Shown: positions 40,389-49,690, numbered from the stretch's first letter. The stretch is 64,000 nt of DNA from Lachnospiraceae bacterium Phil5 (GCA_002633185.1 NWBM01000002.1:27838-91837); one strand, 5' to 3'. Program-made: numbers and translations. The notes: a model not told the origin generated them from the letters alone.

Positions 40389-40901
40389 ATGAAACCAATC
40401 ATAAAAGCAACTAAAATAATATTAAATATAATAACAAGTTTAATAATAATAATTGGAATAATATTTGTAGTACTATTTGCAGTAGGCATACAACCATATG
40501 TTGTAGAATCAGGCTCAATGGAACCTGAAATTCAAACTGGAAGTGTATGTTTTATAAACAAAAGAGCAAAATATGAAGATATGAAAGTGGGAGACATTAT
40601 AGCATTCAAACTAGGAAATACATCTTCTTTTGCAACACATAGAATAAATGCGATAACAGAAGAAGGATTCCAAACAAAAGGTGATGCAAATGGTAATGTT
40701 GATGGTATAATAACAACCAGAGAAACTTTCATAGGAAAAAATGTTGCTTCAATTCCTAAAATAGGATATGCTGTAAAAATAATACAAACACCAAAAGGGA
40801 AAATTTTAGTTGGAACTATTATAGTTGTTTTAATTGTAGCAGGTATAATGATAGGTGAACCTTCTGAAAAGAAAGCTAAAAGATATAAAGAAAACGATTA
40901 A
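40389..40901 (+). CDS. sipW: Signal peptidase I, SipW (archaeal/eukaryotic) type
   Basis: ESGSMEPEIQTGS catalytic Ser region, ATHRI, and a C-terminal TM helix. Confidence 0.85.
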   Translation: MKPIIKATKIILNIITSLIIIIGIIFVVLFAVGIQPYVVESGSMEPEIQTGSVCFINKRAKYEDMKVGDIIAFKLGNTSSFATHRINAITEEGFQTKGDANGNVDGIITTRETFIGKNVASIPKIGYAVKIIQTPKGKILVGTIIVVLIVAGIMIGEPSEKKAKRYKEND

Positions 40902-40910
40902 AATATAAAA

Positions 40911-40947
40911 AATAAAATCTATAGGAAACTATAGATTTTATTTTTTT
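40911..40947 (+). terminator. Intrinsic terminator
   Basis: AATAAAATCTATAG-gaaa-CTATAGATTTTATT followed by a T-run. Confidence 0.8.
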
Positions 40948-41120
40948 ATAATAATTATTGGCATAAATGTAAAAATATATAGTAAACCCCTTGAAAAATG
41001 AATAAAAGTATGATAAAATAAATGCGTTGCAAAACAAAGATACCTTATTCTTGGTTATAGGATAAAACACCACTATAACTCAGATTAAGGCTAATAAAAA
41101 ATTTAGGAGGTGTATTTACT

Positions 41121-41384
41121 ATGACAAAGGAAAGAAAACAAGAAGTAATTAATACTTATAAAAGAGACGAAAAAGACACTGGTTCTCCAGAAGTTCAAAT
41201 AGCTCTTTTAACAGAAAGAATTAATGAATTAACAGAACATCTTAAAATCCATAAAAAAGACAATCACTCAAGAAGAGGTCTTTTAAAAATGGTTGGTGCT
41301 AGAAGAAACCTATTAAACTACTTAGCTAAAAAAGATGTTCAAAGATACAGAGATATCGTAGAAAAATTAGGATTAAGAAAATAA
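41121..41384 (+). CDS. rpsO: 30S ribosomal protein S15
   Basis: [41 protein letters not shown]. Confidence 0.95.
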   Translation: MTKERKQEVINTYKRDEKDTGSPEVQIALLTERINELTEHLKIHKKDNHSRRGLLKMVGARRNLLNYLAKKDVQRYRDIVEKLGLRK

Positions 41385-41396
41385 GAAAAACAAACT

Positions 41397-41430
41397 GGAC
41401 GTTTTGCTAATAAAAGTAAAACGTCCTTTT
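41397..41430 (+). terminator. Intrinsic terminator or attenuator between rpsO and pnp
   Basis: GGACGTTTT...AAAACGTCC followed by TTTT. Confidence 0.8.
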
Positions 41431-41579
41431 ACAAAAAAAGGTGTTTTAAATAGCAATTATTTATTAGAAGTAGCTTGGAAGAAAGAATTTTTGACTTGTT
41501 TGGGGACGGGAACAAAAATTCCTTCTTCGAGGTTACACTAATAAAAATTGCGAAAAATAAATTTAAAGGAGAGTTAAAT

Positions 41580-43763
41580 ATGTATAAAATGTATGAAACA
41601 GAATTAGCTGGAAGAAAGCTAGTAATTGAAACAGGAAAAGTTGCAGAACTTGCAAATGGAAATGTAATTGTAAGATATGGAGACACTGTTGTAATGGTAA
41701 ATGTTACAGCATCAAAAGAACCAAAAGATGGAATTGACTTTTTCCCATTATCAGTAGATTATGAAGAGAAATTATATTCAGTAGGTAAAATTCCAGGTGG
41801 ATTCTTAAAAAGAGAGGGAAAGCCATCAGATAAAGCAATATTAACATCAAGAGCAATAGATAGACCACTTCGTCCACTATTCCCAAAAGATTTCAGAAAT
41901 GATGTTGTAGTTGTTGCAACAGTATTATCAGTTGACCAAGACAACTCACCAGAAGTATGTGCAATGATTGGTGCATCAGCAGCACTTTCAATTTCAGACA
42001 TACCATTTGGAGGACCAACAGCTGCAGTAAATGTTGGATATGTAAATGATGAAATAATTATAAACCCAACAGCAGAACAAAGAGAAAATAGTAGATTAAC
42101 ATTAACAGTTGCTGGAACACAAGAAAAAATAACAATGATTGAAGCTGGAGCAGATGAAATTCCAAATGCAACAATGTTAGATGCAATAAAAACAGCACAT
42201 GTTGAAATAAAGAAAATATGCGATTTTATTTCAACAATAAAAGAAGAAGTTGGAAAACCAAAATTTGAATATAAATCATTTGAAGTTGATCCAGAAATTT
42301 ATAATGAAGTAGAAGCAAACTTCAAAGATAGAATGTACCAAGATGTACAAGCTCAAGACAAAGAAGTAAGAGATGCAAATATAGAAAAAATTACAGAAGA
42401 TATAATTGCATACTTTACTGAAAAATATGGTGAAGAAAAATTAGAAGAAATTAAACCAGATATCTTAGAAAGTATTCACAAATTAGAAAAACTATGTGTT
42501 AGAGAAATGATATTCGTAGAACACAAACGTCCAGATGGTAGAGAATTAACAGAAATTAGACCATTATCATGTGAAGTTGGAGTTTTACCACGTGTTCATG
42601 GTAGTGCAATATTTACAAGAGGACAAACTCAAGTAATGTCAATTGCAACATTAGGAATGAAAAGCGAAGAACAAATGCTAGATGGTATAGATGAAGAAGA
42701 AAGCAAAAGATATATGCACCACTATAACTTCCCAGCATACAGTGTTGGAGAAGCTCGTACATCACGTGGACCTGGAAGAAGAGAAATTGGACATGGTGCA
42801 CTTGCTGAAAAAGCATTAGTACCAGTAATTCCATCATATGATGAATTCCCATATGCAATAAGAGTTGTATCTGAAGTATTATCATCAAATGGATCAACAT
42901 CACAAGCAAGTATATGTGGAAGTACATTAGCATTAATGGATGCAGGTGTTCCAATTAAAAAGCCAGTAGCAGGTATATCAACAGGATTAGTAACAAGCAA
43001 AGACAATCCGAATGATTGGGTAATGTTAACAGATATTCAAGGAATAGAAGACTTTTTTGGAGATATGGACTTTAAAGTAGGTGGAACAAAAGACGGTATA
43101 ACAGCTATACAAGTTGATATCAAAATTGATGGTTTAACATATGATATAATAGAGCAAGCTTTTGAAAGAACAAAAGTTGCTAGAGATTATATTCTAGATG
43201 AAATTATGTTAAAACAAATAGATAAGCCTCGTAGCGACATTTCAAAATACGCACCACGTATATTAACAACAACAATTAATGTAGACAAAATAAGAGATGT
43301 AATAGGACCTGGTGGAAAAATGATAAACAAAATAATAGACGCAACAGGTGTTAAAATAGATATTGAAGACAATGGATATGTATGTGTTTATTCTACAGAT
43401 ACAGAAAGTGGTAAAAAAGCATTAAAAATGATTGAAGATATAGCAAAAGATATTGAAGTAAATGAAATATATGATGGTATAGTTACAAGATTAATGCCAT
43501 TTGGAGCTTTCGTAGACTTAGGCGGAGGAAGAGAAGGATTACTTCATATATCTAAAATATCTAATAAAAGAGTTGAAAAAGTTGAAGATGTTCTTGCCAT
43601 TGGAGATGAAATAAGAGTTAAAGTAATTGAAATAGATTCACAAGGAAGAATTAATTTATCAATGAAAGAACTTGAAGCAGCAAATAACATAGTTGAAGAG
43701 GCAAGTAAAGCTACTGAAGTAGAAACTAGCCAAGAAGCATCAAACAATACAACAGAAGAATAA
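41580..43763 (+). CDS. pnp: Polyribonucleotide nucleotidyltransferase (PNPase)
   Basis: RBS ggagag lies before the ATG at 41580. Two RNase PH domains (GSAIFTRGQTQ), then KH and S1 domains. Confidence 0.95.
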   Translation: MYKMYETELAGRKLVIETGKVAELANGNVIVRYGDTVVMVNVTASKEPKDGIDFFPLSVDYEEKLYSVGKIPGGFLKREGKPSDKAILTSRAIDRPLRPLFPKDFRNDVVVVATVLSVDQDNSPEVCAMIGASAALSISDIPFGGPTAAVNVGYVNDEIIINPTAEQRENSRLTLTVAGTQEKITMIEAGADEIPNATMLDAIKTAHVEIKKICDFISTIKEEVGKPKFEYKSFEVDPEIYNEVEANFKDRMYQDVQAQDKEVRDANIEKITEDIIAYFTEKYGEEKLEEIKPDILESIHKLEKLCVREMIFVEHKRPDGRELTEIRPLSCEVGVLPRVHGSAIFTRGQTQVMSIATLGMKSEEQMLDGIDEEESKRYMHHYNFPAYSVGEARTSRGPGRREIGHGALAEKALVPVIPSYDEFPYAIRVVSEVLSSNGSTSQASICGSTLALMDAGVPIKKPVAGISTGLVTSKDNPNDWVMLTDIQGIEDFFGDMDFKVGGTKDGITAIQVDIKIDGLTYDIIEQAFERTKVARDYILDEIMLKQIDKPRSDISKYAPRILTTTINVDKIRDVIGPGGKMINKIIDATGVKIDIEDNGYVCVYSTDTESGKKALKMIEDIAKDIEVNEIYDGIVTRLMPFGAFVDLGGGREGLLHISKISNKRVEKVEDVLAIGDEIRVKVIEIDSQGRINLSMKELEAANNIVEEASKATEVETSQEASNNTTEE

Positions 43764-43845
43764 AAATGTCGAAAAATGTTGAAAAAAAATCTAAGAGTAG
43801 TATAATTGTATTATAGAATGTAATAAAACATAAAAGGAGATAAAA

Positions 43846-45075
43846 ATGAAGTATTTATATATCTTACAACAGGCAATGGTTTGGGTTATAACCATATATT
43901 GGGTATATCAATTAATAATTAGTGTATGTTCACTAATAAAAGTAAAAGAAAAGCCATTTGTTGAAGACAAAGATCACAGATTTATGATGATTATTCCAGC
44001 ACATAATGAAGAAAAAGTTGTTGGAAATCTTGTTGCAAGTTTAAGAGAACTGGATTATAACAAAAGTTTATATGACATTTATGTTATTGCAGATAATTGT
44101 ACAGACAAAACAGCACAAATAGCAAAAGATGCAGGAGCTATAGTGTATGAAAGATTTGATGAAAAACGTAAAACAAAAGGTTTTGCATTACAATGGTTTT
44201 TACAACAAAAAATTGATGAAGATGCTCCATATGACGCATTTTGTATATTTGATGCAGATAATATAGTAGATAAAAATTTCTTAAAAGCAATGAATAAAAA
44301 ACTAAATCAAGGGGAAGATGTTGTACAAGGATACAGAGATATAAAGAACCCTTCAGATAGCTGGGTTACAGCTGGATATGCAATTTTCTATTGGACAATG
44401 AATAGATTTTATCATTTAGCAAGATATAATTTAGGTTTATCACCATTAATAAATGGTACAGGATTTATGGTAAAATTTGATGTTGTAAAACCTGAAGGAT
44501 GGCAAACAAAAACACTTACAGAAGATATAGAGTTTTCATTAAAAAGAATAATTGCAGGGAAAAAACTTGGATGGGCAACAGATGCTATAGTATATGATGA
44601 ACAACCAGTTGGATTCAAACAATCATGGTCACAAAGATCAAGATGGACAGTAGGACATATACAATGTTTACATGAATATACAAAGCCACTTGCAGTTGCA
44701 GTTGCTGAAAATAAAACAGTTATGAATTTTGATGGGTTATTATATATGTTAGGAAGTATTCCAATGTTTGTTTTAACACTATTATTACTAGTGCTAAACA
44801 TTGTAATCTTCTTTACAGATGGAATGTCAGTAAGTGAATTATTATGGAACGCAGTTAGATATGTAGTTCCAACATTCTTCTTACCAATTCTTACAGGAAT
44901 TATGGTTATGCTTATAGATAAAAAGCCAATGAAACATATGGTTAAAGGGTTAATTTTATATCCATTATTCTTAGGTTCATGGTTACTAATCAATTTTAAA
45001 TGCTTATTTAAACGTAATACAAAGTGGGAAAAAATTGAGCATAATGTATCAAAATCAATTGAAGAGATGAAATAA
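43846..45075 (+). CDS. Membrane family-2 glycosyltransferase, processive beta-glycan synthase type
   Basis: D, DxD (FDADN), TEDIEF and QRSRW motifs, with N- and C-terminal TM helices. Confidence 0.8.
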   Translation: MKYLYILQQAMVWVITIYWVYQLIISVCSLIKVKEKPFVEDKDHRFMMIIPAHNEEKVVGNLVASLRELDYNKSLYDIYVIADNCTDKTAQIAKDAGAIVYERFDEKRKTKGFALQWFLQQKIDEDAPYDAFCIFDADNIVDKNFLKAMNKKLNQGEDVVQGYRDIKNPSDSWVTAGYAIFYWTMNRFYHLARYNLGLSPLINGTGFMVKFDVVKPEGWQTKTLTEDIEFSLKRIIAGKKLGWATDAIVYDEQPVGFKQSWSQRSRWTVGHIQCLHEYTKPLAVAVAENKTVMNFDGLLYMLGSIPMFVLTLLLLVLNIVIFFTDGMSVSELLWNAVRYVVPTFFLPILTGIMVMLIDKKPMKHMVKGLILYPLFLGSWLLINFKCLFKRNTKWEKIEHNVSKSIEEMK

Positions 45076-45084
45076 TTTTTTTAG

Positions 45085-45117
45085 TAGAGTTTTTGGGACA
45101 CCTCCAAAAAACATCTA
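45085..45117. repeat. TTTTTGG(G)A-CAC(C)-TCCAAAAA palindromic repeat, copy a
   Basis: TAGAGTTTTTGGGACACCTCCAAAAAACATCTA, an imperfect palindrome directly after the GT2 stop. Confidence 0.7.
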
Positions 45118-45202
45118 TAACAAATTAATAAAACTATCGTTCTAATCAACCCCTTATGCGAATACAATTAAACAAAAGTATTCACATGGGGGTTATCTAT
45201 TT

Positions 45203-45481
45203 ATGAAAGATTATTCAATAGAACAACGTGCGGTGAATTTAGCACATTATATAGTTGACTCAAAAGATACAGTAAGAGGTACTGCAAAGAAATTTGGAGT
45301 AAGTAAAAGTACAGTCCATAAAGATGTTAGTGAACGATTATTAAGAATAAATCCAGGGTTAGCCTGTGAAGTAAGAGAAATTTTAGATGAAAACAAAGCT
45401 GAAAGACACATACGAGGAGGCTTGGCAACAAAGAAAAAATACAGTGAACTAAAACATAAAGATGAGGAATACGAACGTTAG
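45203..45481 (+). CDS. spoIIID: Stage III sporulation transcriptional regulator SpoIIID
   Basis: VRGTAKKFGVSKSTVHKDV HTH motif. 92 aa. Confidence 0.9.
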   Translation: MKDYSIEQRAVNLAHYIVDSKDTVRGTAKKFGVSKSTVHKDVSERLLRINPGLACEVREILDENKAERHIRGGLATKKKYSELKHKDEEYER

Positions 45482-45485
45482 ATTA

Positions 45486-45530
45486 AATGACACAAATTGG
45501 TAGTGTACCATTTGTGTCATTTCTTTGTTT
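45486..45530 (+). terminator. Intrinsic terminator
   Basis: ATGACACAAATTGG-tagtgta-CCATTTGTGTCAT followed by a T-rich tail. Confidence 0.8.
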
Positions 45531-45608
45531 ATATCTCTTGCAAAGTCAACAAAAAAATGATAAAATAACAATTAATTATGTAAATAAAAACAAAAAAGGA
45601 GATAAAAA

Positions 45609-46925
45609 ATGAACGTAGGATTCATATCATTAGGATGTAGTAAAAACTTAGTAGATACAGAAATGACAATAGGAATGTTTAAAAACAATAATTACAAAAT
45701 AGTAAACAATCCATCAGAAGCGGACATAATAGTAATAAACACATGTGGATTTATAGAACCAGCAAAAGAAGAGGCAATTAACACAATACTTGAAATGGCA
45801 GAATATAAAAAGAAAAAATGTAAATATCTAATAGTAATGGGATGTCTAGTTCAAAGATATAAAGAAGAACTAGAAAAAGCATTACCAGAAGTAGATTTGT
45901 TCATTAAATACAAAGAATATGAAACAATCTGGGAACAAATATCAAGTGTAATAAACAAAGATGTTTTTGGGAACACCTCCAAAACACATCTTGAATTAGA
46001 TTTCAATGAAAGAGTAGTATCAACAGGAAAGAATTTTGCATATTTAAGAATAGCAGAAGGATGTAGCAACCATTGTACATATTGCGCAATACCATATATA
46101 AGAGGTGCTTTTGTAAGTAGAAAAATAGAAGATGTTTTGGAAGAAGCAAGAAATCTTGCAAAACAAGGCTATAAAGAATTAATAGTAATTGCACAAGATA
46201 CAAGTAAATATGGAATAGATATATATGGAGAATCAAAGCTAGCAGAACTATTACAAGAACTATCAAAAATAAAAGGAATAAAATGGATAAGATTCTTATA
46301 TACATATCCAGAATCAATAACAGACGAATTAATAAAAGTTGTAAAAGAAAACGACAAAATTTGCAAATATTTCGACATACCAATCCAACACATTTCTAAT
46401 CCAGTATTAAAAAGAATGAATAGAAAAAGTGATGGAAAGAGCATAAGAAATGTAATTGTGAAAATAAGAAAAGAAATTCCAGAGGTAATAATCAGAACAA
46501 CAGTAATGGTAGGATTTCCAGGCGAAACTAAAGAGGATTTTGAAGAATTGTACAACTTCGTAAAAGAAGCAAAATTTGAAAGATTAGGTGCATTTTCATA
46601 TTCAAAGGAAGATGGAACACCTGCAGAAAAGCTAAAAGATCATATTCATCCAATGACTAAAAAAAGCAGATACAATAAAATAATGAAACTTCAAAATGAA
46701 ATTTCAGAAGAAATAATGAAAAAACAAATTGGTAAGAAACTAGAAGTTTTAATAGAAGATGTAAGTTTTGATGGAAAATACTACATTGGAAGAAGCAAAA
46801 ACGAAGTACCAGACATTGATGGCGTAATCTATGTAGAAAAAACAAATGATGAATTATTTGATAAATTTGTAAAAGTTGAAATAGTTGATAGTAATAATTA
46901 TGATTTAATTGGAAAGATTAAGTAG
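45609..46925 (+). CDS. rimO: Ribosomal protein S12 methylthiotransferase RimO
   Basis: MNVGFISLGCSKNLVDTE, radical SAM CSNHCTYCAIP, and a TRAM domain. Confidence 0.9.
   Translation: MNVGFISLGCSKNLVDTEMTIGMFKNNNYKIVNNPSEADIIVINTCGFIEPAKEEAINTILEMAEYKKKKCKYLIVMGCLVQRYKEELEKALPEVDLFIKYKEYETIWEQISSVINKDVFGNTSKTHLELDFNERVVSTGKNFAYLRIAEGCSNHCTYCAIPYIRGAFVSRKIEDVLEEARNLAKQGYKELIVIAQDTSKYGIDIYGESKLAELLQELSKIKGIKWIRFLYTYPESITDELIKVVKENDKICKYFDIPIQHISNPVLKRMNRKSDGKSIRNVIVKIRKEIPEVIIRTTVMVGFPGETKEDFEELYNFVKEAKFERLGAFSYSKEDGTPAEKLKDHIHPMTKKSRYNKIMKLQNEISEEIMKKQIGKKLEVLIEDVSFDGKYYIGRSKNEVPDIDGVIYVEKTNDELFDKFVKVEIVDSNNYDLIGKIK
45958..45992. repeat. TTTTTGG...CCAAAA palindromic repeat, copy b, lying in frame inside rimO
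   Basis: AAGATGTTTTTGGGAACACCTCCAAAACACATCTT encodes KDVFGNTSKTHL. It is nearly identical to intergenic copy a. Confidence 0.65.
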
Positions 46926-46995
46926 ATTTTTGGGAGCGCCAAACTGCGCACGCACTACGTATTAATATATTTCTTGGGTGTCCCAAAAAATCTAC
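46922..46995. repeat. 74-nt inverted-repeat element made of two inverted copies of the TTTTTGGGA repeat
   Basis: GTAGATTTTTGGGAG (46922-46936) and GTCCCAAAAAATCTAC (46980-46995) flank a ~43-nt GC-rich core. The element overlaps the rimO stop. Confidence 0.7.
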
Positions 46996-47038
46996 TCAAA
47001 AACTTGCTTATTTTTCGTAAATATGTTATCATTTTATT

Positions 47039-47610
47039 GGTGGTGCACTATTCTAGTTATACTAACTATTACGAGGGTGGGGCTAAAAATCCACTAAAGG
47101 GCACATCGATGAAGTTTCTTGTTTATGCGCGGAATGCCAGTTTTGTGTGTTTGCAGGGAGTAAAGATTCTAGGGAACTATGTAATGGCATACATAAGTAA
47201 TTCCCTATTATCGCGGAGGCTTGAAATTCCATTAGTTTTTTCAAGTATAACCTATATAAAGTGCCAAGACACAATATATAGTGTAGCCTGTCTTGAGTGA
47301 AGGACTTGGGATTAGCGATTAAATAATAACCAATAAAGTTATAAATTTATAAACTAGTTATGAAATTGCTTTTGCAAAAGAGACTAGTAATAGATAATAG
47401 TATATTAAGGAAAACTTCTAGAGTGTTTGCCATTATGGCAAGAGAAGCTTAGGGATTAAAGTACGGATTTTAGTGGCTGTCTGGAAGCCAAAATAAAATT
47501 TGGATACTTCTTTTAAACGGAAACGGCTGAACAGTAATGTTCAGTAGGAAGTAGAGAAATTCCTCTAGACCTAAACCGTAAAGTTTACTTAAGCTTTTAC
47601 CACCTATTAT
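47039..47610 (+). ncRNA. ole: Large structured non-coding RNA, candidate OLE (ornate, large, extremophilic) RNA
   Basis: About 570 nt with no credible ORF and visibly higher GC than its flanks. Promoter TTGCTT(47004)-17-TATCAT(47027) with an extended -10 TG. Closing helix GGTGGT(47039)/ACCACC(47599). Many local hairpins, for example TAGGGAA..TTCCCTA, CAAGACA..TGTCTTG, TTGCCA..TGGCAA and CTGAACA..TGTTCAG. An OapA-like 4-TM gene lies directly downstream. Confidence 0.5.
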
Positions 47611-47659
47611 AGAAAAATTTCTAAAATAAAAAATAAAAAAACAGGAGAGAAAAACATAA

Positions 47660-48211
47660 ATGAAAAACAAAACAAAAAATGATTCATCAGAAATAAAATG
47701 GTTTATTATAGTAGCAGTACTAAGTTTCGTGCTATCTATATTTTTTTCATTTATATCAGCCGTTGCAATTTCAAAATTGTCAATAATTCCGGCAGTAATA
47801 ATGTTATTATTGGTGATTTTTATAGGCGTTCTATTTGATTTAATAGGCGTTGCCATAACAGTTGCTAAAGAATCAGATTTTAATGCAATGGCATCTAAAA
47901 AAATTCCAGGAGCAAAAACATCAATAAAATTAATAAAAAATTCAGGCAAAGTTGCTAACATTTGTGCAGATGTTATAGGTGATATTGCTGGCGTATTAAG
48001 TGGAGCTATAAGTGCTTTAATTGCGATGAAAATAACTGAAAAGTTTAATATGACATTTGATATGCAATTTATAATAAGTGCATTAGTTGCATCACTTACA
48101 ATTGGTGGAAAAGCTTTAGGAAAGGGAATTGCACAAAGAAATTCTACTCCAATTATTAAAGTAGTTGGAAAAATTCTTAGAATATTTGGAAAAGAAAATA
48201 GTAAAAAATGA
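47660..48211 (+). CDS. oapA: Small four-TM membrane protein, candidate OLE-associated protein OapA
   Basis: 183 aa with four predicted TM helices and a DxxxD motif (ADVIGDIAG) in TM3. It lies immediately 3' of the large ncRNA. Confidence 0.5.
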   Translation: MKNKTKNDSSEIKWFIIVAVLSFVLSIFFSFISAVAISKLSIIPAVIMLLLVIFIGVLFDLIGVAITVAKESDFNAMASKKIPGAKTSIKLIKNSGKVANICADVIGDIAGVLSGAISALIAMKITEKFNMTFDMQFIISALVASLTIGGKALGKGIAQRNSTPIIKVVGKILRIFGKENSKK

Positions 48212-48326
48212 TAGATGATGCCGTTATATACATGCAAATAAAACATGTATATTAATGGCTTTTTACATATATAAACAAAAATATTTAAACACAAACATAC
48301 AAACACATAGAAAAGGAGAAACAATT

Positions 48327-48839
48327 ATGGAAGAAATTGAAAAAAGAGATTTATATGACGAAAATAAAAATTTAACTGGTGAAACTATGTATAAAGGAGA
48401 AGAAATTCCTGAAGGAAAATATATAGTAGTAGTTTTAGTATATATTCAAAATTCAGAAGGAAAATTCTTAATACAAAAAAGAAGTGAAAGAAAAAATGGT
48501 AAATATGCAACAACTGGAGGGCATCCTAAATCTGGAGAATCTAGCTTGGAAGGAATACTTACAGAAGTTAAAGAAGAAATAGGTTTAGACATTAATCCAG
48601 AAAAAATTGAATTATATTATGGTGGAAGATCTGACGAGGAAAGAGTATTTTGGGATGACTATTATGCAAAAATTGATGTTCCAAACATAGAAAATTTACA
48701 ACTTCAGGAAGAAGAAGTTGCATCTGTGCATTGGTTTTCAGCGGATGAAATACATGAATTAATGAAACAAGATAAATTCTTTAAAAATCATTATGAGGAA
48801 TTTGAAAGACTAGAAGACTGGCTAAAAAACAAACAATAA
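48327..48839 (+). CDS. NUDIX hydrolase
   Basis: Nudix box GGHPKSGESSLEGILTEVKEEIGL. RBS aaaggag lies before the ATG at 48327. Confidence 0.85.
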   Translation: MEEIEKRDLYDENKNLTGETMYKGEEIPEGKYIVVVLVYIQNSEGKFLIQKRSERKNGKYATTGGHPKSGESSLEGILTEVKEEIGLDINPEKIELYYGGRSDEERVFWDDYYAKIDVPNIENLQLQEEEVASVHWFSADEIHELMKQDKFFKNHYEEFERLEDWLKNKQ

Positions 48840-48914
48840 AATGTCAAAAAAAGAGTAGGGTTATTAACATAATTCTACTCTTTTCCATACTATATAATAC
48901 AAGGAGGAAACAAA

Positions 48915-49679
48915 GTGAATAACGTATTATATAGTATAATAGGAATTTTAGTGCCATTTGCAGGAACAAGTTTTGGAAGCAGTTTTGTACTATTTATGAA
49001 AAATAATATGAGTCAAAAATTTCAAAAGATAATGGTTGGATTTGCCGCAGGAGTAATGATTGCAGCATCAGTATGGTCATTAATTTTGCCATCAGTAGAA
49101 ATGGCTGAAAATCAAGGAGTTATAAGCTGGATACCAGCAACAGTTGGATTAATATTAGGAGTGATGTTTTTAATTCTTATTAATAAATTAGCAGATAAAA
49201 TTCAATCCAAAAAAAACGGAAAAAAATTAAACATGTTATTATTTTCTGTTACACTACATAACATTCCAGAAGGAATGGCAGTAGGAGTAGGCTTTGCAGC
49301 TGCATTAACAGGAAATAGCGGAATAGAAATGTTTGAAGCAATGCTGCTTGCAATAGGAATTGCAATTCAAAATATACCAGAAGGTGCAATAATTTCAATG
49401 CCACTAAAAATAGAAGGAAATAGTAAGAAAAAATCCTTTTTAATTGGAGTATTATCAGGAATAGTTGAACCAATTGCATCAGTATTAACAATTTTATTAA
49501 TTAATATTGTAGTGCCTGTATTGCCTTATTTATTAGCATTTGCAGCAGGGGCAATGATATATGTAGTTATAGAAGAATTAATTCCAGAAATACATGAAGG
49601 TGAAAAATCAATATTAGGTGTAGTTGGATTTTTGGTTGGTTTTATAGTAATGATGGTTTTAGATATAGCTTTAGGTTAA
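48915..49679 (+). CDS. ZIP family metal (zinc) transporter
   Basis: GTG start after aaggagg. HNIPEGMAVG and QNIPEGAI motifs. Multi-TM. Confidence 0.85.
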   Translation: MNNVLYSIIGILVPFAGTSFGSSFVLFMKNNMSQKFQKIMVGFAAGVMIAASVWSLILPSVEMAENQGVISWIPATVGLILGVMFLILINKLADKIQSKKNGKKLNMLLFSVTLHNIPEGMAVGVGFAAALTGNSGIEMFEAMLLAIGIAIQNIPEGAIISMPLKIEGNSKKKSFLIGVLSGIVEPIASVLTILLINIVVPVLPYLLAFAAGAMIYVVIEELIPEIHEGEKSILGVVGFLVGFIVMMVLDIALG

Positions 49680-49690
49680 AAAACAAATAA

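Noticed and set aside
46974-47300. 108-aa + strand ORF (MGVPKNLLKNLL...) and the 63-aa antisense ORF at 47083..47274
   Set aside because: They lie inside the structured ncRNA region. They have no RBS, and their amino-acid composition is atypical. The first starts inside the inverted-repeat element. I treat both as non-coding.
47470-48324. 284-aa minus-strand ORF
   Set aside because: It is antisense to the OapA-like gene and to the 3' part of the ncRNA. It is a hydrophobic shadow ORF typical of AT-rich DNA, with no RBS and no homology features.
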